NCBI GenBank assembly: GCA_026417625.1
Contig: JAOACW010000003.1
Coordinates: forward strand, 76,699 to 140,698
Reading direction: 5' to 3'
DNA from: Syntrophales bacterium
GTDB taxonomy: Bacteria > Desulfobacterota > Syntrophia > Syntrophales > UBA8958
DNA length: 64,000 nucleotides
The notes under the pieces were generated by a model, which saw nothing but the letters and a program-made list of their open reading frames with translations, was not told the origin of the DNA and made no database searches. Shown here piece by piece: positions 28,906 through 38,396 of the stretch (position 1 is its first letter; every line of letters starts with the position of its first letter). The position numbers and the translations under genes were made by a program.

Positions 28906-28948
28906 TGCCGTGGGGACCCCAAGGGGAGGTGCTCCGCGGCAGTTTTTT
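28906..28948 (+). terminator. trp attenuator terminator (segments 3:4)
   Basis: TGCCGTGGGG (28906-15) pairs with CTCCGCGGCA (28932-41) in a 10-bp stem that includes G-U pairs, followed by GTTTTTT. The antiterminator 28870-81/28910-20 excludes it. Confidence 0.75.
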
Positions 28949-28957
28949 ATGAATTTG

Positions 28958-28985
28958 AAAGGCCGTGCTTAGGAGCACGGCCTTT
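28958..28985 (+). terminator. Second, perfect 12-bp hairpin between the trp attenuator and trpE
   Basis: AAAGGCCGTGCT-TAGG-AGCACGGCCTTT, then AAATTT. The arms share AAGGCCGTG/CACGGCCTT with the aro attenuator terminator. Confidence 0.5.
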
Positions 28986-29012
28986 AAATTTGGAATTGAG
29001 TGAGGTTTATAG

Positions 29013-30527
29013 ATGATTGAACCATCATTTGCAGAATTTGTGGAACTCTCTAGGAGGGGCAATATCATACCTGTCTACAGGGAAGTATTGGCGGATACAG
29101 AAACTCCTGTCACTGTTCTTTTTAAGTTCTCACAAAATGATCCGGTGTTCCTTTTGGAAAGTGTTGAGGGTGGAGAGAAGTGGGGAAGATACTCTTTTTT
29201 GGGTTTCGATCCCCGGATGGTTGTTACGGTTGGTGATGAAGAGGTAAGGATCAGAGAGTACGGTGAAGAAAAGGTCCACAAGCATAACGGAGACCCGTTT
29301 GGCTTTCTGCGGAAATTTTTCAAAAAATTAAAAGTTGTGAGTGTTGGGGAACTCCCGCGATTTTGTGGTGGCGCAGTGGGTTACATTTCCTATGAGGCGA
29401 TTCGTTTTTTTGAAAGCAGGTTGAGTAAAATCAAAAGGGCAGGTGATGGATGGGATTACGCCGCCTTTATGATAACCGACACGCTTGTTGTGTTTGACCA
29501 TGTTAAACATACGTTGAAGGTTGTCGCACTGGCGTATGTGGATGGTGGTGATTTGAAGTCACTTTATGAAACGTGTGTGCAGAAGATTGATAAAGTAGTC
29601 CGCAGATTGAGAGATGAAGGGATCTCAGGTTTCTGTACCGTTCCGGTTGCTGAATACAAACCAGAGTTTAAGTCCAATATGGAACCAGAAGAATTTAAAT
29701 CGATGGTGGAAAGAGCAAAAATGAATCTAGTAAATGGCGATATAATTCAGGTGGTACTTGCTCAGAAGTTCACCGCTGTATGTGAGTTGTCGCCGGTGAA
29801 CCTGTATAGAGCCCTTCGTTTTATAAACCCTTCACCTTACCTATTTTTCCTCAGGTTCGGTGACAGATATATAATTGGTTCATCACCTGAGGTGCTCGTA
29901 CGTCTCGAGGGCTACAACGTAGAGCTCCGCCCCATAGCGGGGACCAGGCCAAGAGGAAAAACGGAGCAAGAAGATCGCAAATTGGCTGACGAACTTCTTA
30001 AGGATATGAAGGAGAAAGCTGAACATGTAATGCTCGTTGATCTGGCTCGAAATGATCTAGGGCGAATTGCCAGGTTGGGTAGTGTCCAGGTTACTTCTTT
30101 TATGAACGTGGAAAGGTACTCTCATGTCATGCACCTCGTATCAACTGTGGTGGCAGAACTTGATGATGGGAATGATGCCTTTGATGTTTTCAAATCTGTG
30201 TTTCCTGCGGGAACCCTGACAGGTGCTCCGAAGATAAGGGCAATGGAAATTATAGATGAACTGGAGCCTGTAGGTAGGGGTCCTTATGGTGGTGCGGTGG
30301 GTTACTTTTCATTCAACGGTGGGATGGATTTTGCCATCACCATTCGCACGATCCTTATGAGTGGTAATCAAATATGTGTGCAGGCAGGTGCGGGTATAGT
30401 TGCGGATTCCGATCCGGTTGGAGAGTTCGAGGAGACAATGAACAAGGCGGCGGGCATGATCACAGCGGTCCAGATGGCGGCCAGTGGTCTTGACTTAGTT
30501 ACTCTGCAGAGGGGGGATGTAAAGTGA
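29013..30527 (+). CDS. trpE: Anthranilate synthase component I
   Basis: 504 aa; LLESVEGGE, SPEVLVR, GTRPRG, LTGAPKIRAMEII, RGPYGGAVGY. Confidence 0.93.
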   Translation: MIEPSFAEFVELSRRGNIIPVYREVLADTETPVTVLFKFSQNDPVFLLESVEGGEKWGRYSFLGFDPRMVVTVGDEEVRIREYGEEKVHKHNGDPFGFLRKFFKKLKVVSVGELPRFCGGAVGYISYEAIRFFESRLSKIKRAGDGWDYAAFMITDTLVVFDHVKHTLKVVALAYVDGGDLKSLYETCVQKIDKVVRRLRDEGISGFCTVPVAEYKPEFKSNMEPEEFKSMVERAKMNLVNGDIIQVVLAQKFTAVCELSPVNLYRALRFINPSPYLFFLRFGDRYIIGSSPEVLVRLEGYNVELRPIAGTRPRGKTEQEDRKLADELLKDMKEKAEHVMLVDLARNDLGRIARLGSVQVTSFMNVERYSHVMHLVSTVVAELDDGNDAFDVFKSVFPAGTLTGAPKIRAMEIIDELEPVGRGPYGGAVGYFSFNGGMDFAITIRTILMSGNQICVQAGAGIVADSDPVGEFEETMNKAAGMITAVQMAASGLDLVTLQRGDVK

Positions 30528-31105
30528 TTCTCATTATAGATAACTATGATTCATTTACTTACAATCTACTTCAATATGTAGGCCAGCTTGGTAAGGATTG
30601 TTTAGTAAGGAGAAACGATGAAATTACATTGGAAGAGGTGGAATGCTTGAACCCGGGGGCGATAATAATTTCACCAGGGCCGGGTACACCCGAACAAGCG
30701 GGGATTACTGTTCCCGTTATCTGTAAATTCTACAAATTGATACCCATTCTCGGGGTGTGTCTTGGGCATCAGTCTTTGTGTTATGCATTCGGCTCAGAAA
30801 TTACAAGAGCGTCATCATTGATGCATGGAAAGACATCCTTAATCAAGCACGACGGACAAACTATTTTTAAGGGTTTGCCTAATCCTTTTATAGCGGGGCG
30901 TTACCATTCCTTGATTGTCAGAAAAGAGAGTGTACCTTCCTGTCTGAAGATAAGTGCCGAAACTGAAGAGGGAGAAGTTATGGCTGTAAGGCACAGGGAT
31001 TATCTTGTCGAAGGGGTACAGTTTCATCCGGAAAGTGTCCTTACACCACAGGGTAAGAGGATTATCAGAAATTTTTTGGATCTTGTGGATGAACGAGGGA
31101 GATAA
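30524..31105 (+). CDS. trpG: Anthranilate synthase component II (glutamine amidotransferase)
   Basis: 193 aa; IDNYDSFTYNL, GVCLGHQ, QFHPES. Confidence 0.92.
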   Translation: MILIIDNYDSFTYNLLQYVGQLGKDCLVRRNDEITLEEVECLNPGAIIISPGPGTPEQAGITVPVICKFYKLIPILGVCLGHQSLCYAFGSEITRASSLMHGKTSLIKHDGQTIFKGLPNPFIAGRYHSLIVRKESVPSCLKISAETEEGEVMAVRHRDYLVEGVQFHPESVLTPQGKRIIRNFLDLVDERGR

Positions 31106-31115
31106 GGGGGTGTCT

Positions 31116-32126
31116 ATGATAAAAGAAGCGCTTGTTAAGCTTGTAAATCGCCAGGATCTGGCGGAGGAAGAAATGGAGTTGGTTATGACAGAAATAATGG
31201 AGGGCAAAGCGACGGATGCACAAATTGCATCTTTACTCACAGCTTTGAGGATGAAAGGGGAAACCGTTAAGGAGGTGAGTGGAGCTGCACGAGTGATGCG
31301 AAGAAAGGCTTTGCGTATTGATGCTCGTTCGTCGGTTGTTGTGGATACGTGTGGAACAGGCGGTGACAACCGGGGGACTTTTAATATCTCAACAACGGCA
31401 GCTTTCGTCGTGGCCGCTGCAGGCATAACGGTGGCCAAACACGGGAATAGAGCTGTTTCCAGTGGGTGTGGCAGTGCCGATCTTTTGGAGGCACTGGGTG
31501 TGAACATTGAAGCGACGCCTGATGTTGTGGAAGAGTGCATTCAACAGGTAGGTATAGGTTTTCTTTTTGCACCTCGATTGCATGGGGCAATGAAGTATGC
31601 CCTCGGTCCCCGAAGAGAAATGGGTTTTAGGACCATATTTAACATGCTGGGCCCTCTTACGAATCCTGCATCGGCAACAGCTCAGCTCGTGGGAGTATAT
31701 GCACCAGAATTGACAGAGATGTTTGCCCATGTACTCAGGAACCTTGGGGTTAAGAGGGCTTTCGTTGTCCATGGTTCTGATGGGTTGGATGAGGCCACTG
31801 TCACAGGGGAAACGAGGGTTTCGGAGTTGAGGGAAGGTGTCGTTACAACATATAACATTGATCCTATTCGTTATTTTGGGGAGTATTACAGTTTGGAAGA
31901 ACTCCGCGGTGGCGATGCTTATACGAATGCAGAAATAACAAAATCTATACTCGCCGGGGAGGATGGGGCAAAGCGGAAGATAGTGATTCTTAACGCAGGG
32001 TTAGCTATTGTAGCGGCAGGAAGGGCGAGTACTCTTGAAGAGGGGATTAAGATTGCGGAAGAACGTATAGATGATGGATCTGCTCTTAGGAAACTTCGGG
32101 AACTTATAGATGTGAGCAATTCCTGA
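31116..32126 (+). CDS. trpD: Anthranilate phosphoribosyltransferase
   Basis: MIKEALVKL..; DTCGTGGD, KHGNRAVSS, NPA. The start is ATG 31116, not the track start 31005, which lies inside trpG. Confidence 0.92.
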   Translation: MIKEALVKLVNRQDLAEEEMELVMTEIMEGKATDAQIASLLTALRMKGETVKEVSGAARVMRRKALRIDARSSVVVDTCGTGGDNRGTFNISTTAAFVVAAAGITVAKHGNRAVSSGCGSADLLEALGVNIEATPDVVEECIQQVGIGFLFAPRLHGAMKYALGPRREMGFRTIFNMLGPLTNPASATAQLVGVYAPELTEMFAHVLRNLGVKRAFVVHGSDGLDEATVTGETRVSELREGVVTTYNIDPIRYFGEYYSLEELRGGDAYTNAEITKSILAGEDGAKRKIVILNAGLAIVAAGRASTLEEGIKIAEERIDDGSALRKLRELIDVSNS

Positions 32127-32135
32127 GAAGGTAAT

Positions 32136-32915
32136 ATGATTGCAAACATTCTGGCTAAAAAACGGGAAGATGTCGAGGAGGCGAAGAGGAGGAGGCCTAT
32201 AAAGGAAGTTATTAGCGGGTGTGGGCAAAATAGGATCAGAAACTTCCCATTTGAAAGGGTACTTGAGGAAAAACCTGTAGCCATAATTGCAGAGATAAAG
32301 TTACGTTCGCCATCGGTGGGAACGCTGAGAGAAAATGTGGATGTGGTCCGTATTGCTGAATTATATGAAGCGTGTGGTGCTGCTGCGATTTCTGTGATAA
32401 CTGAACGGCATTTTTTTAGAGGAAGTGATGATTACATCACTTCTGTGCGAAACAGTGTAAGTGTACCTTTACTTAGAAAAGACTTTATCATCGATGAGTA
32501 CCAGTTGTATGAGACACGTTTTCTTGGTGCGGGTGCCTTGCTGCTAATTGTTGATATTTTGGATGACGAACAGCTTAGTGATTACATTCAACTTGCTGAT
32601 GAGTTGGGTTTATCCGCCGTGGTGGAGATTCACAATGAAAGAGGACTACATAGAGCTTTAAAAAACGGTGCGAGGATCATTGGGATAAACAACCGGGATC
32701 TTACTACCTTTAAAACGGATTTGAACACCACTTTTAGACTGGCACCTCTAATTCCGCCGGGGAGGTGTATCATAAGTGAAAGCGGAATCGAGGATAGAGA
32801 TGATATAGAGAGTCTTCTGGCAATAGGGGTCAAGAATTTTCTCATCGGTGAAGCACTGATGAGAGCTCCGGATATTTCTTCGAAATTGAGGAGTTTTATA
32901 GATGCACTGCGTTGA
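32136..32915 (+). CDS. trpC: Indole-3-glycerol-phosphate synthase
   Basis: 259 aa; IAEIKLRSPS, LRKDFIIDEYQ, GINNRDL, ESGI. Confidence 0.92.
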   Translation: MIANILAKKREDVEEAKRRRPIKEVISGCGQNRIRNFPFERVLEEKPVAIIAEIKLRSPSVGTLRENVDVVRIAELYEACGAAAISVITERHFFRGSDDYITSVRNSVSVPLLRKDFIIDEYQLYETRFLGAGALLLIVDILDDEQLSDYIQLADELGLSAVVEIHNERGLHRALKNGARIIGINNRDLTTFKTDLNTTFRLAPLIPPGRCIISESGIEDRDDIESLLAIGVKNFLIGEALMRAPDISSKLRSFIDALR

Positions 32916-32922
32916 CAATAGG

Positions 32923-33642
32923 ATGGGTGTCAAGATCAAGGTGTGCGGTATTACAAGAAAACATGACGCGCTTTTGGCTGCTAGTTTGGGGATACACGCC
33001 CTGGGATTTATATTCTATCTTGAGAGTCCCCGTAATGTCGAACCAGAAGCAGCAAGTGAGATAATAAAACTGGTTCGTGAGCTTTATCCTCATTGTCAGA
33101 ATTTCCTTCCAGGCGCGTTGAAGATGGAAGAGAGACCTCTTTTTCGTCCTGCGTTTGTTGGTGTGTTTGTTAATGAGGATCCCTTTAGGGTAAAGGAGAT
33201 AATGGATTACTGTGGTTTAGATTTTATTCAGCTCCATGGTGATGAATCACCCGATTATTGCCGTTTTTTTCCAAAAGATAAGGTGATAAAGGTATTTACA
33301 CTGCGATCGAAGGATGATCTTTATCTTATAGAGAAGTACGATTTAGAGGTGGTTATGATAGATAATCGTACTGAACATCTCTATGGGGGGACGGGGTTAA
33401 CGGCGGATTGGGACCTGGCAAAGTTTGTGGGAGCCCGCTACCGTTTAGTTCTCTCGGGTGGTTTGAACTCCGGGAATGTAGCGGATGCTATCCGTAAGGT
33501 TTTACCTTTTGCAGTGGATGTAAATAGCGGTATTGAAAGTTCCCCAGGAGTAAAGGATTCGTTTTTAATGGTGGATTTTGTCTTGAAGGTAAGGGAGATC
33601 TGCAAGGAGATAGGTTATGAAGCGATATCGCTTACCGGATAA
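32923..33642 (+). CDS. trpF: Phosphoribosylanthranilate isomerase, with a ~20-25 aa internal insertion
   Basis: [11 protein letters not shown].., [31 protein letters not shown]. An alternative start at 32902 would overlap trpC. Confidence 0.88.
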   Translation: MGVKIKVCGITRKHDALLAASLGIHALGFIFYLESPRNVEPEAASEIIKLVRELYPHCQNFLPGALKMEERPLFRPAFVGVFVNEDPFRVKEIMDYCGLDFIQLHGDESPDYCRFFPKDKVIKVFTLRSKDDLYLIEKYDLEVVMIDNRTEHLYGGTGLTADWDLAKFVGARYRLVLSGGLNSGNVADAIRKVLPFAVDVNSGIESSPGVKDSFLMVDFVLKVREICKEIGYEAISLTG

Positions 33643-34816
33643 AAGAGGTCATTTTGGTACCTTTGGTGGGCGTTACGTAGCAGAGACGCTCATGTCTGCT
33701 TTGCTCGAGCTTGAAGAAGAGTATAAGAAGTTCCGCGTGAATAGAGAATTTCGAAGGGAGTTGGATGACTATTTGCGTGATTACGCAGGGAGGGAAACAC
33801 CCCTATATTACGCAGGGCGTTTGACGGAACGCATTGGGGGAGCAAAGATTTATCTCAAAAGAGAGGATCTGAACCATACAGGTTCCCACAAGATAAATAA
33901 CACCATAGGTCAGGCCCTGCTCGCAAAAAGGATGGGGAAATCTAAGATAATTGCTGAAACTGGAGCAGGGCAACATGGAGTGGCAACGGCCACTGCTGCT
34001 GCTCTTTTCGGCATGGAATGTAAGATCTATATGGGAAGGGAAGATATGCGTAGACAGGCTCCAAATGTGCACAGGATGCGGATTTTGGGTGCAGAGGTGA
34101 TTGCTGTAGATTCTGGCACTGCGACTTTGAAAGATGCTATGAATGAAGCTATGAGAGCGTGGGTCACAAATGTGCGGGATACGTTCTATATAATTGGCTC
34201 CACTGCAGGTCCCCATCCCTATCCCATGATGGTCAGGGATTTTCAAAGTGTGATTGGCAGGGAGACGAAACGTCAGATCCTGAAAAAAGAGGGGAAGTTG
34301 CCGGATGTGCTTGTGGCGTGTGTGGGTGGTGGTAGCAATGCTATGGGTCTTTTTTATCCTTTCCTTGAGGATGATGTAGCCCTCGTGGGTGTAGAAGCGG
34401 CGGGTAAGGGTATAGAAACAGGAAAACACGCCGCATCTGTGACTGCAGGAAATTTGGGGGTTCTCCACGGTAACAAAACGTACCTACTTCAGGATGAATA
34501 TGGGCAGATCAAGGATGCCCATTCCATTGCTGCCGGGTTGGATTATCCAGGAGTGGGTCCAGAACATAGCTACCTGAGGGAACAGGGAAGGGCAAGTTAC
34601 GTGGCTGTTAAAGACGGTGAAGCATTGGAGGCCTTCTTTACTTTGTCACGTTTGGAGGGAATAATCCCTGCGTTGGAAAGTGCCCATGCTCTCGCATATG
34701 CTATGAAACTGGCTTCAGAAATGGGAAGGGATCGTATCGTTGTTGTCAATCTTTCTGGCAGAGGGGATAAGGATACGGGTATAGTTGTGGAGATGATGCA
34801 AAATGGGAAGGATTGA
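33617..34816 (+). CDS. trpB: Tryptophan synthase beta chain
   Basis: 399 aa; [34 protein letters not shown]. Confidence 0.95.
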   Translation: MKRYRLPDKRGHFGTFGGRYVAETLMSALLELEEEYKKFRVNREFRRELDDYLRDYAGRETPLYYAGRLTERIGGAKIYLKREDLNHTGSHKINNTIGQALLAKRMGKSKIIAETGAGQHGVATATAAALFGMECKIYMGREDMRRQAPNVHRMRILGAEVIAVDSGTATLKDAMNEAMRAWVTNVRDTFYIIGSTAGPHPYPMMVRDFQSVIGRETKRQILKKEGKLPDVLVACVGGGSNAMGLFYPFLEDDVALVGVEAAGKGIETGKHAASVTAGNLGVLHGNKTYLLQDEYGQIKDAHSIAAGLDYPGVGPEHSYLREQGRASYVAVKDGEALEAFFTLSRLEGIIPALESAHALAYAMKLASEMGRDRIVVVNLSGRGDKDTGIVVEMMQNGKD

Positions 34817-35603
34817 TACTCGTTTCGCCACATTAAAGGGGAAAGGTGAAAAGGCTCTAATTGCTTATATAACTGCAGGTCACCCTGACTTAGAGATAAC
34901 TGAAGCCGTGATACCTGCGCTTGCTGATGCAGGAGTAGACGTTGTAGAAATTGGTGTTCCTTTTTCAGATCCAACAGCGGATGGACCCATTATCCAAGGG
35001 TCGTCTCAAAAGGCTCTTCGATCCGGAACGACTCTTCCGTCCATTTTGGAAATGATAAAGAGATTCAGAAATCGTGTTGCTATACCCCTAGTTTTGTTTA
35101 GTTACTACAATCCGATCTTTGTTTTTGGTGCGGAAAGATTTGCGAGAGTTGCAGCTGAAAGTGGAATTGACGGTATACTTGTCGTTGATTTGCCCCCTGA
35201 GGAGGCTTGTGAGCTCAGGTGTTATACGGACAAGGCTGGACTTGATTTTATACCTCTGGTTGCGCCGACAACGAGCAGTAAAAGGATGAGACTCATTGTA
35301 AAAGAGGGATCAGGTTTCATTTATTACATAACTCTAACCGGGGTAACGGGTACGGGCCGACCTTTTGTGGAAGAGGTTAAGGAAAGAGTCCTTGAGATTA
35401 AGTCATTTTCCCCTCTCCCTGTGGTAGTTGGATTTGGTATCTCAACTCCTGAGCAGGCTGCGGAAATTGCGTCTTTTGCCGATGGTGTTGTCGTTGGCAG
35501 TGCATTTGTCAAGCTGATGGATAGTGTTTCGAGAGAAGATTTGGTGGAAAAGGTTTGTAAATTCGCATCCTCAATTAAACTCGCAATGGATAACTCTAGA
35601 TGA
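34803..35603 (+). CDS. trpA: Tryptophan synthase alpha chain
   Basis: 266 aa; [33 protein letters not shown]. Confidence 0.92.
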   Translation: MGRIDTRFATLKGKGEKALIAYITAGHPDLEITEAVIPALADAGVDVVEIGVPFSDPTADGPIIQGSSQKALRSGTTLPSILEMIKRFRNRVAIPLVLFSYYNPIFVFGAERFARVAAESGIDGILVVDLPPEEACELRCYTDKAGLDFIPLVAPTTSSKRMRLIVKEGSGFIYYITLTGVTGTGRPFVEEVKERVLEIKSFSPLPVVVGFGISTPEQAAEIASFADGVVVGSAFVKLMDSVSREDLVEKVCKFASSIKLAMDNSR

Positions 35604-35606
35604 GAA

Positions 35607-36368
35607 TTAAAGAAGTCTCGATAGTTTTGAAGAAAGATCACCCAACAGATCGTGACAGGTCATATCAAATTTGAGGGGTGTAACCGTAATGTATCCATTA
35701 CTTAGAGCCACTATATCCGTCTCTGGATCATCGTTGTTGTCTATTTTCGTTTCACCCATAAGCCAGTAGTAGGTATTTTCCCTTGGATCGATTCTTTTAT
35801 CGTAGCTCTCTTTTATCCTTGTATAACCTTGTTTCACGACTATTACACCTTTTATCTGTTCAGGGGGTAGATTCGGGATGTTCACGTTGAGAACCACACC
35901 AGGAATGGGATTCTGAACGATAAAAGCGGCCATTTTTCTTGCAAATCTTGCAGCAAAACTATAGTCGGCATCCTTGTATGAGTCGAGGGATACTGCGAGT
36001 GATGGTATGCCGAGTATTGCGCTTTCGGTTGCTGCGGAAACCGTTCCAGAGTAAAGAACATTTATGCCCACGTTCGCACCTCTGTTTATACCGGATACAA
36101 CGAGGTCTACAGGACCACCCGCAAGTTCTCTAACGCCTATTTTAACGCAGTCAGCTGGAGTTCCCGCCACGGCATAGCCATAAAAGTAGCCGTTTTTTTT
36201 GGCGGGACGAACCATAAGTGGTCTTGTGATGGTAATGGCATGTCCAACAGCACTCTGTTCCACTTCTGGAGCTACGATGAGACATTCTGCGTCTTTGGAT
36301 AGTTCCTCATGAAGAACTGCTAAACCCCTTGCATATATGCCGTCGTCGTTTGTAAGCAAATATCTCAT
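35607..36368 (-). CDS. surE: 5'/3'-nucleotidase SurE
   Basis: 253 aa; MRYLLTNDDGI, SGINRGAN, YSGTVSAA. Confidence 0.9.
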   Translation of the reverse strand: MRYLLTNDDGIYARGLAVLHEELSKDAECLIVAPEVEQSAVGHAITITRPLMVRPAKKNGYFYGYAVAGTPADCVKIGVRELAGGPVDLVVSGINRGANVGINVLYSGTVSAATESAILGIPSLAVSLDSYKDADYSFAARFARKMAAFIVQNPIPGVVLNVNIPNLPPEQIKGVIVVKQGYTRIKESYDKRIDPRENTYYWLMGETKIDNNDDPETDIVALSNGYITVTPLKFDMTCHDLLGDLSSKLSRLL

Positions 36369-36404
36369 ACGTGCTAACTCCGCTCCTTGTTTTGTAGTTC
36401 GTGC

Positions 36405-36440
36405 AATAAAACACCCGGAAGGATATTGATCCCCCAGGTG
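36405..36440 (-). terminator. Rho-independent terminator after dnaK
   Basis: The minus strand reads CACCTGGGGGAT..ATCCTTCCGGGTG as a stem (with G-U pairs), followed by TTTTATT. Confidence 0.55.
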
Positions 36441-36466
36441 CTAAGTTTTATTGTTTTACTCAGATT

Positions 36467-38373
36467 TTACTTTACCTCTTCAAAATCAGCGTCAACCACA
36501 TCATCGTCTTTCTTTCCCCCCGCGTAAGTGTCGGTCTTACTGGTTCCTGCACCTGACTGTTGAGCAGTTGTCCGTGCGTACATAGCTTCTGCCAGACGAT
36601 GGGATGCGGTGGTGAGTTCTTCCTGAGCTGCTTTTATAGCGTGGATATCATTCCCTGCCATAGCCTTTTTGACCTTTTCAATTGCCGCTTCTATGCGTGC
36701 TTTCTCTGAGGCATCTATTTTATCGCCGAATTCTCTTATGTTTTTCTCCACACTGTACACAAGGGCATCTGCCTGATTGCGAGCCTCAACCAATTCTTTC
36801 TTTCGTCTATCTTCTTCTGCGTGCATCTCTGCCTCTTTGATTAATCTCTGGATTTCCTCTTCAGTTAAACCGCTGGAAGCTGTGATCCTTATGCTTTGCT
36901 CCTTTCCAGTCCCTAGATCCTTGGCTGATACGTGGACTATACCGTTGGCATCAATATCAAATGTCACCTCTATCTGCGGTATACCCCTGGGGGCCGGTGG
37001 TATACCGATGAGTTCAAAGCGTCCCAGAGATCGGTTGTCGGCTGCCATGGGACGTTCACCTTGGAGGACGTGAATGGTGACGGCAGTCTGATTGTCCGCA
37101 GCGGTGGTGAATATCTGACTCTTCCTTGTGGGTATGGTGGTATTTTTTTCTATGAGTTTTGTAAAGACACCACCAAGTGTTTCAATACCTAGGGATAGGG
37201 GGGTCACGTCCAGAAGGAGTACATCTTTGACGTCTCCCGCCAAGATTCCGCCCTGGATCGCCGCACCGATTGCAACGACCTCGTCAGGGTTCACCCCTTT
37301 ATGGGGTTCCTTCCCAAATATCTCTTTAACCTTTTGCTGAACGCGGGGCATCCTTGTCATGCCTCCCACAAGGATCACTTCGTCAATATCCTTGGGAGTG
37401 AGACCTGCATCTTTGAGTGCCGTGCGGCATGGAGGTTCCAGTTTCTCTATTAAATCCTCCACAAGGGCCTCCAGCTTTGCCCGTGTCAGTTTCATATTCA
37501 GATGCTTTGGACCAGATGCATCTGCGGTTATGAAAGGAAGGTTAATCTCCGTTTCCAACGCTGTTGATAATTCTATCTTTGCTTTTTCTGCGGCCTCTTT
37601 CAGACCTGCAAGGCCATACGATCGTTGCGTAAATCTATCCCGTAGTCCTTCTTAAACTCATTTGCAAGGTAATCGATGATTCTTTGGTCGAAGTCTTCTC
37701 CACCCAAGTGGGTATCACCATTTGTTGCTTTTACCTCGAAAACACCATCTCCGAGTTCCAGTATGGATATGTCAAATGTTCCGCCACCGAGATCGAATAC
37801 TGCTATCTTTTCGTCTTTCTTTTTATCAAGGCCGTATGCTAGTGCTGCGGCGGTAGGTTCGTTTATGATTCTTACCACATTAAGACCCGCGATACGTCCT
37901 GCATCTTTTGTTGCTTGTCTCTGGGCATCGTCAAAATAGGCGGGTACTGTAATTACTGCATCTATTACCTTTTGACCGAGATAATCTTCTGCTGTCTGTT
38001 TCATTTTAGTAAGTATCATTGAAGATATTTCAGCTGGGCTGTAATTTCTTCCCTTTACCATTACATGAGCGTCACCGTTTGGTGCTTCAACGATTTTGTA
38101 GGGCAGAATTTTTTTGTCGTATTGCACTTCCTTTGAGTTATACTTTCTTCCGATAAGCCTTTTAACGGCGAAGATGGTATTTTCAGGGTTAGTTATGGCT
38201 TGTCTCTTGGCAGCTTGTCCTACAAGGCGCTCACCGCTGTCGGTGAAGGCCACCATGGACGGTGTTGTTCTGCTTCCCTCCTGATTTGGTATAACAACAG
38301 GGTCTCCCCCTTCCATTATCGCTACACAGGAGTTCGTGGTGCCCAGGTCTATTCCTATTATCTTTTTACCCAT
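36467..38373 (-). pseudogene. dnaK: Chaperone DnaK (Hsp70) interrupted by a single-nucleotide deletion. This is either a frameshift or a sequencing error.
   Basis: The N-terminal ORF ([22 protein letters not shown]) stops at 37600. The next frame continues [28 protein letters not shown].. to 36467. One base is missing from the Arg codon of the conserved ALQRLKEAAE motif at ~37603-05. The true start is ATG 38373 (AAGGAGG 9 nt upstream). Confidence 0.9.
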
Positions 38374-38396
38374 TGTTTTCATCCTCCTTGAGTTTT

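Noticed and set aside
28949-28972. Mini-ORF ATGAATTTGAAAGGCCGTGCTTAG (MNLKGRA) after the trp terminator, and mini-ORF ATGCGCGATGGATAG at 20278
   Set aside because: Too short, with no RBS. They are most likely incidental to the hairpin and leader sequences.
30839-31540. 233-aa ORF on the minus strand across trpG/trpD. Similar long antisense ORFs lie at 33803..34468 (trpB), 60473..61096 (groEL/groES), 62974..63462 (DUF47), 11969..12412 (rpoN) and 17803..18180 (nfeD).
   Set aside because: Each lies entirely antisense to a gene with unmistakable conserved motifs. The translations are low-complexity (Ser/Pro/Thr/Arg-rich) and have no recognisable domains or RBS. These are typical shadow ORFs.
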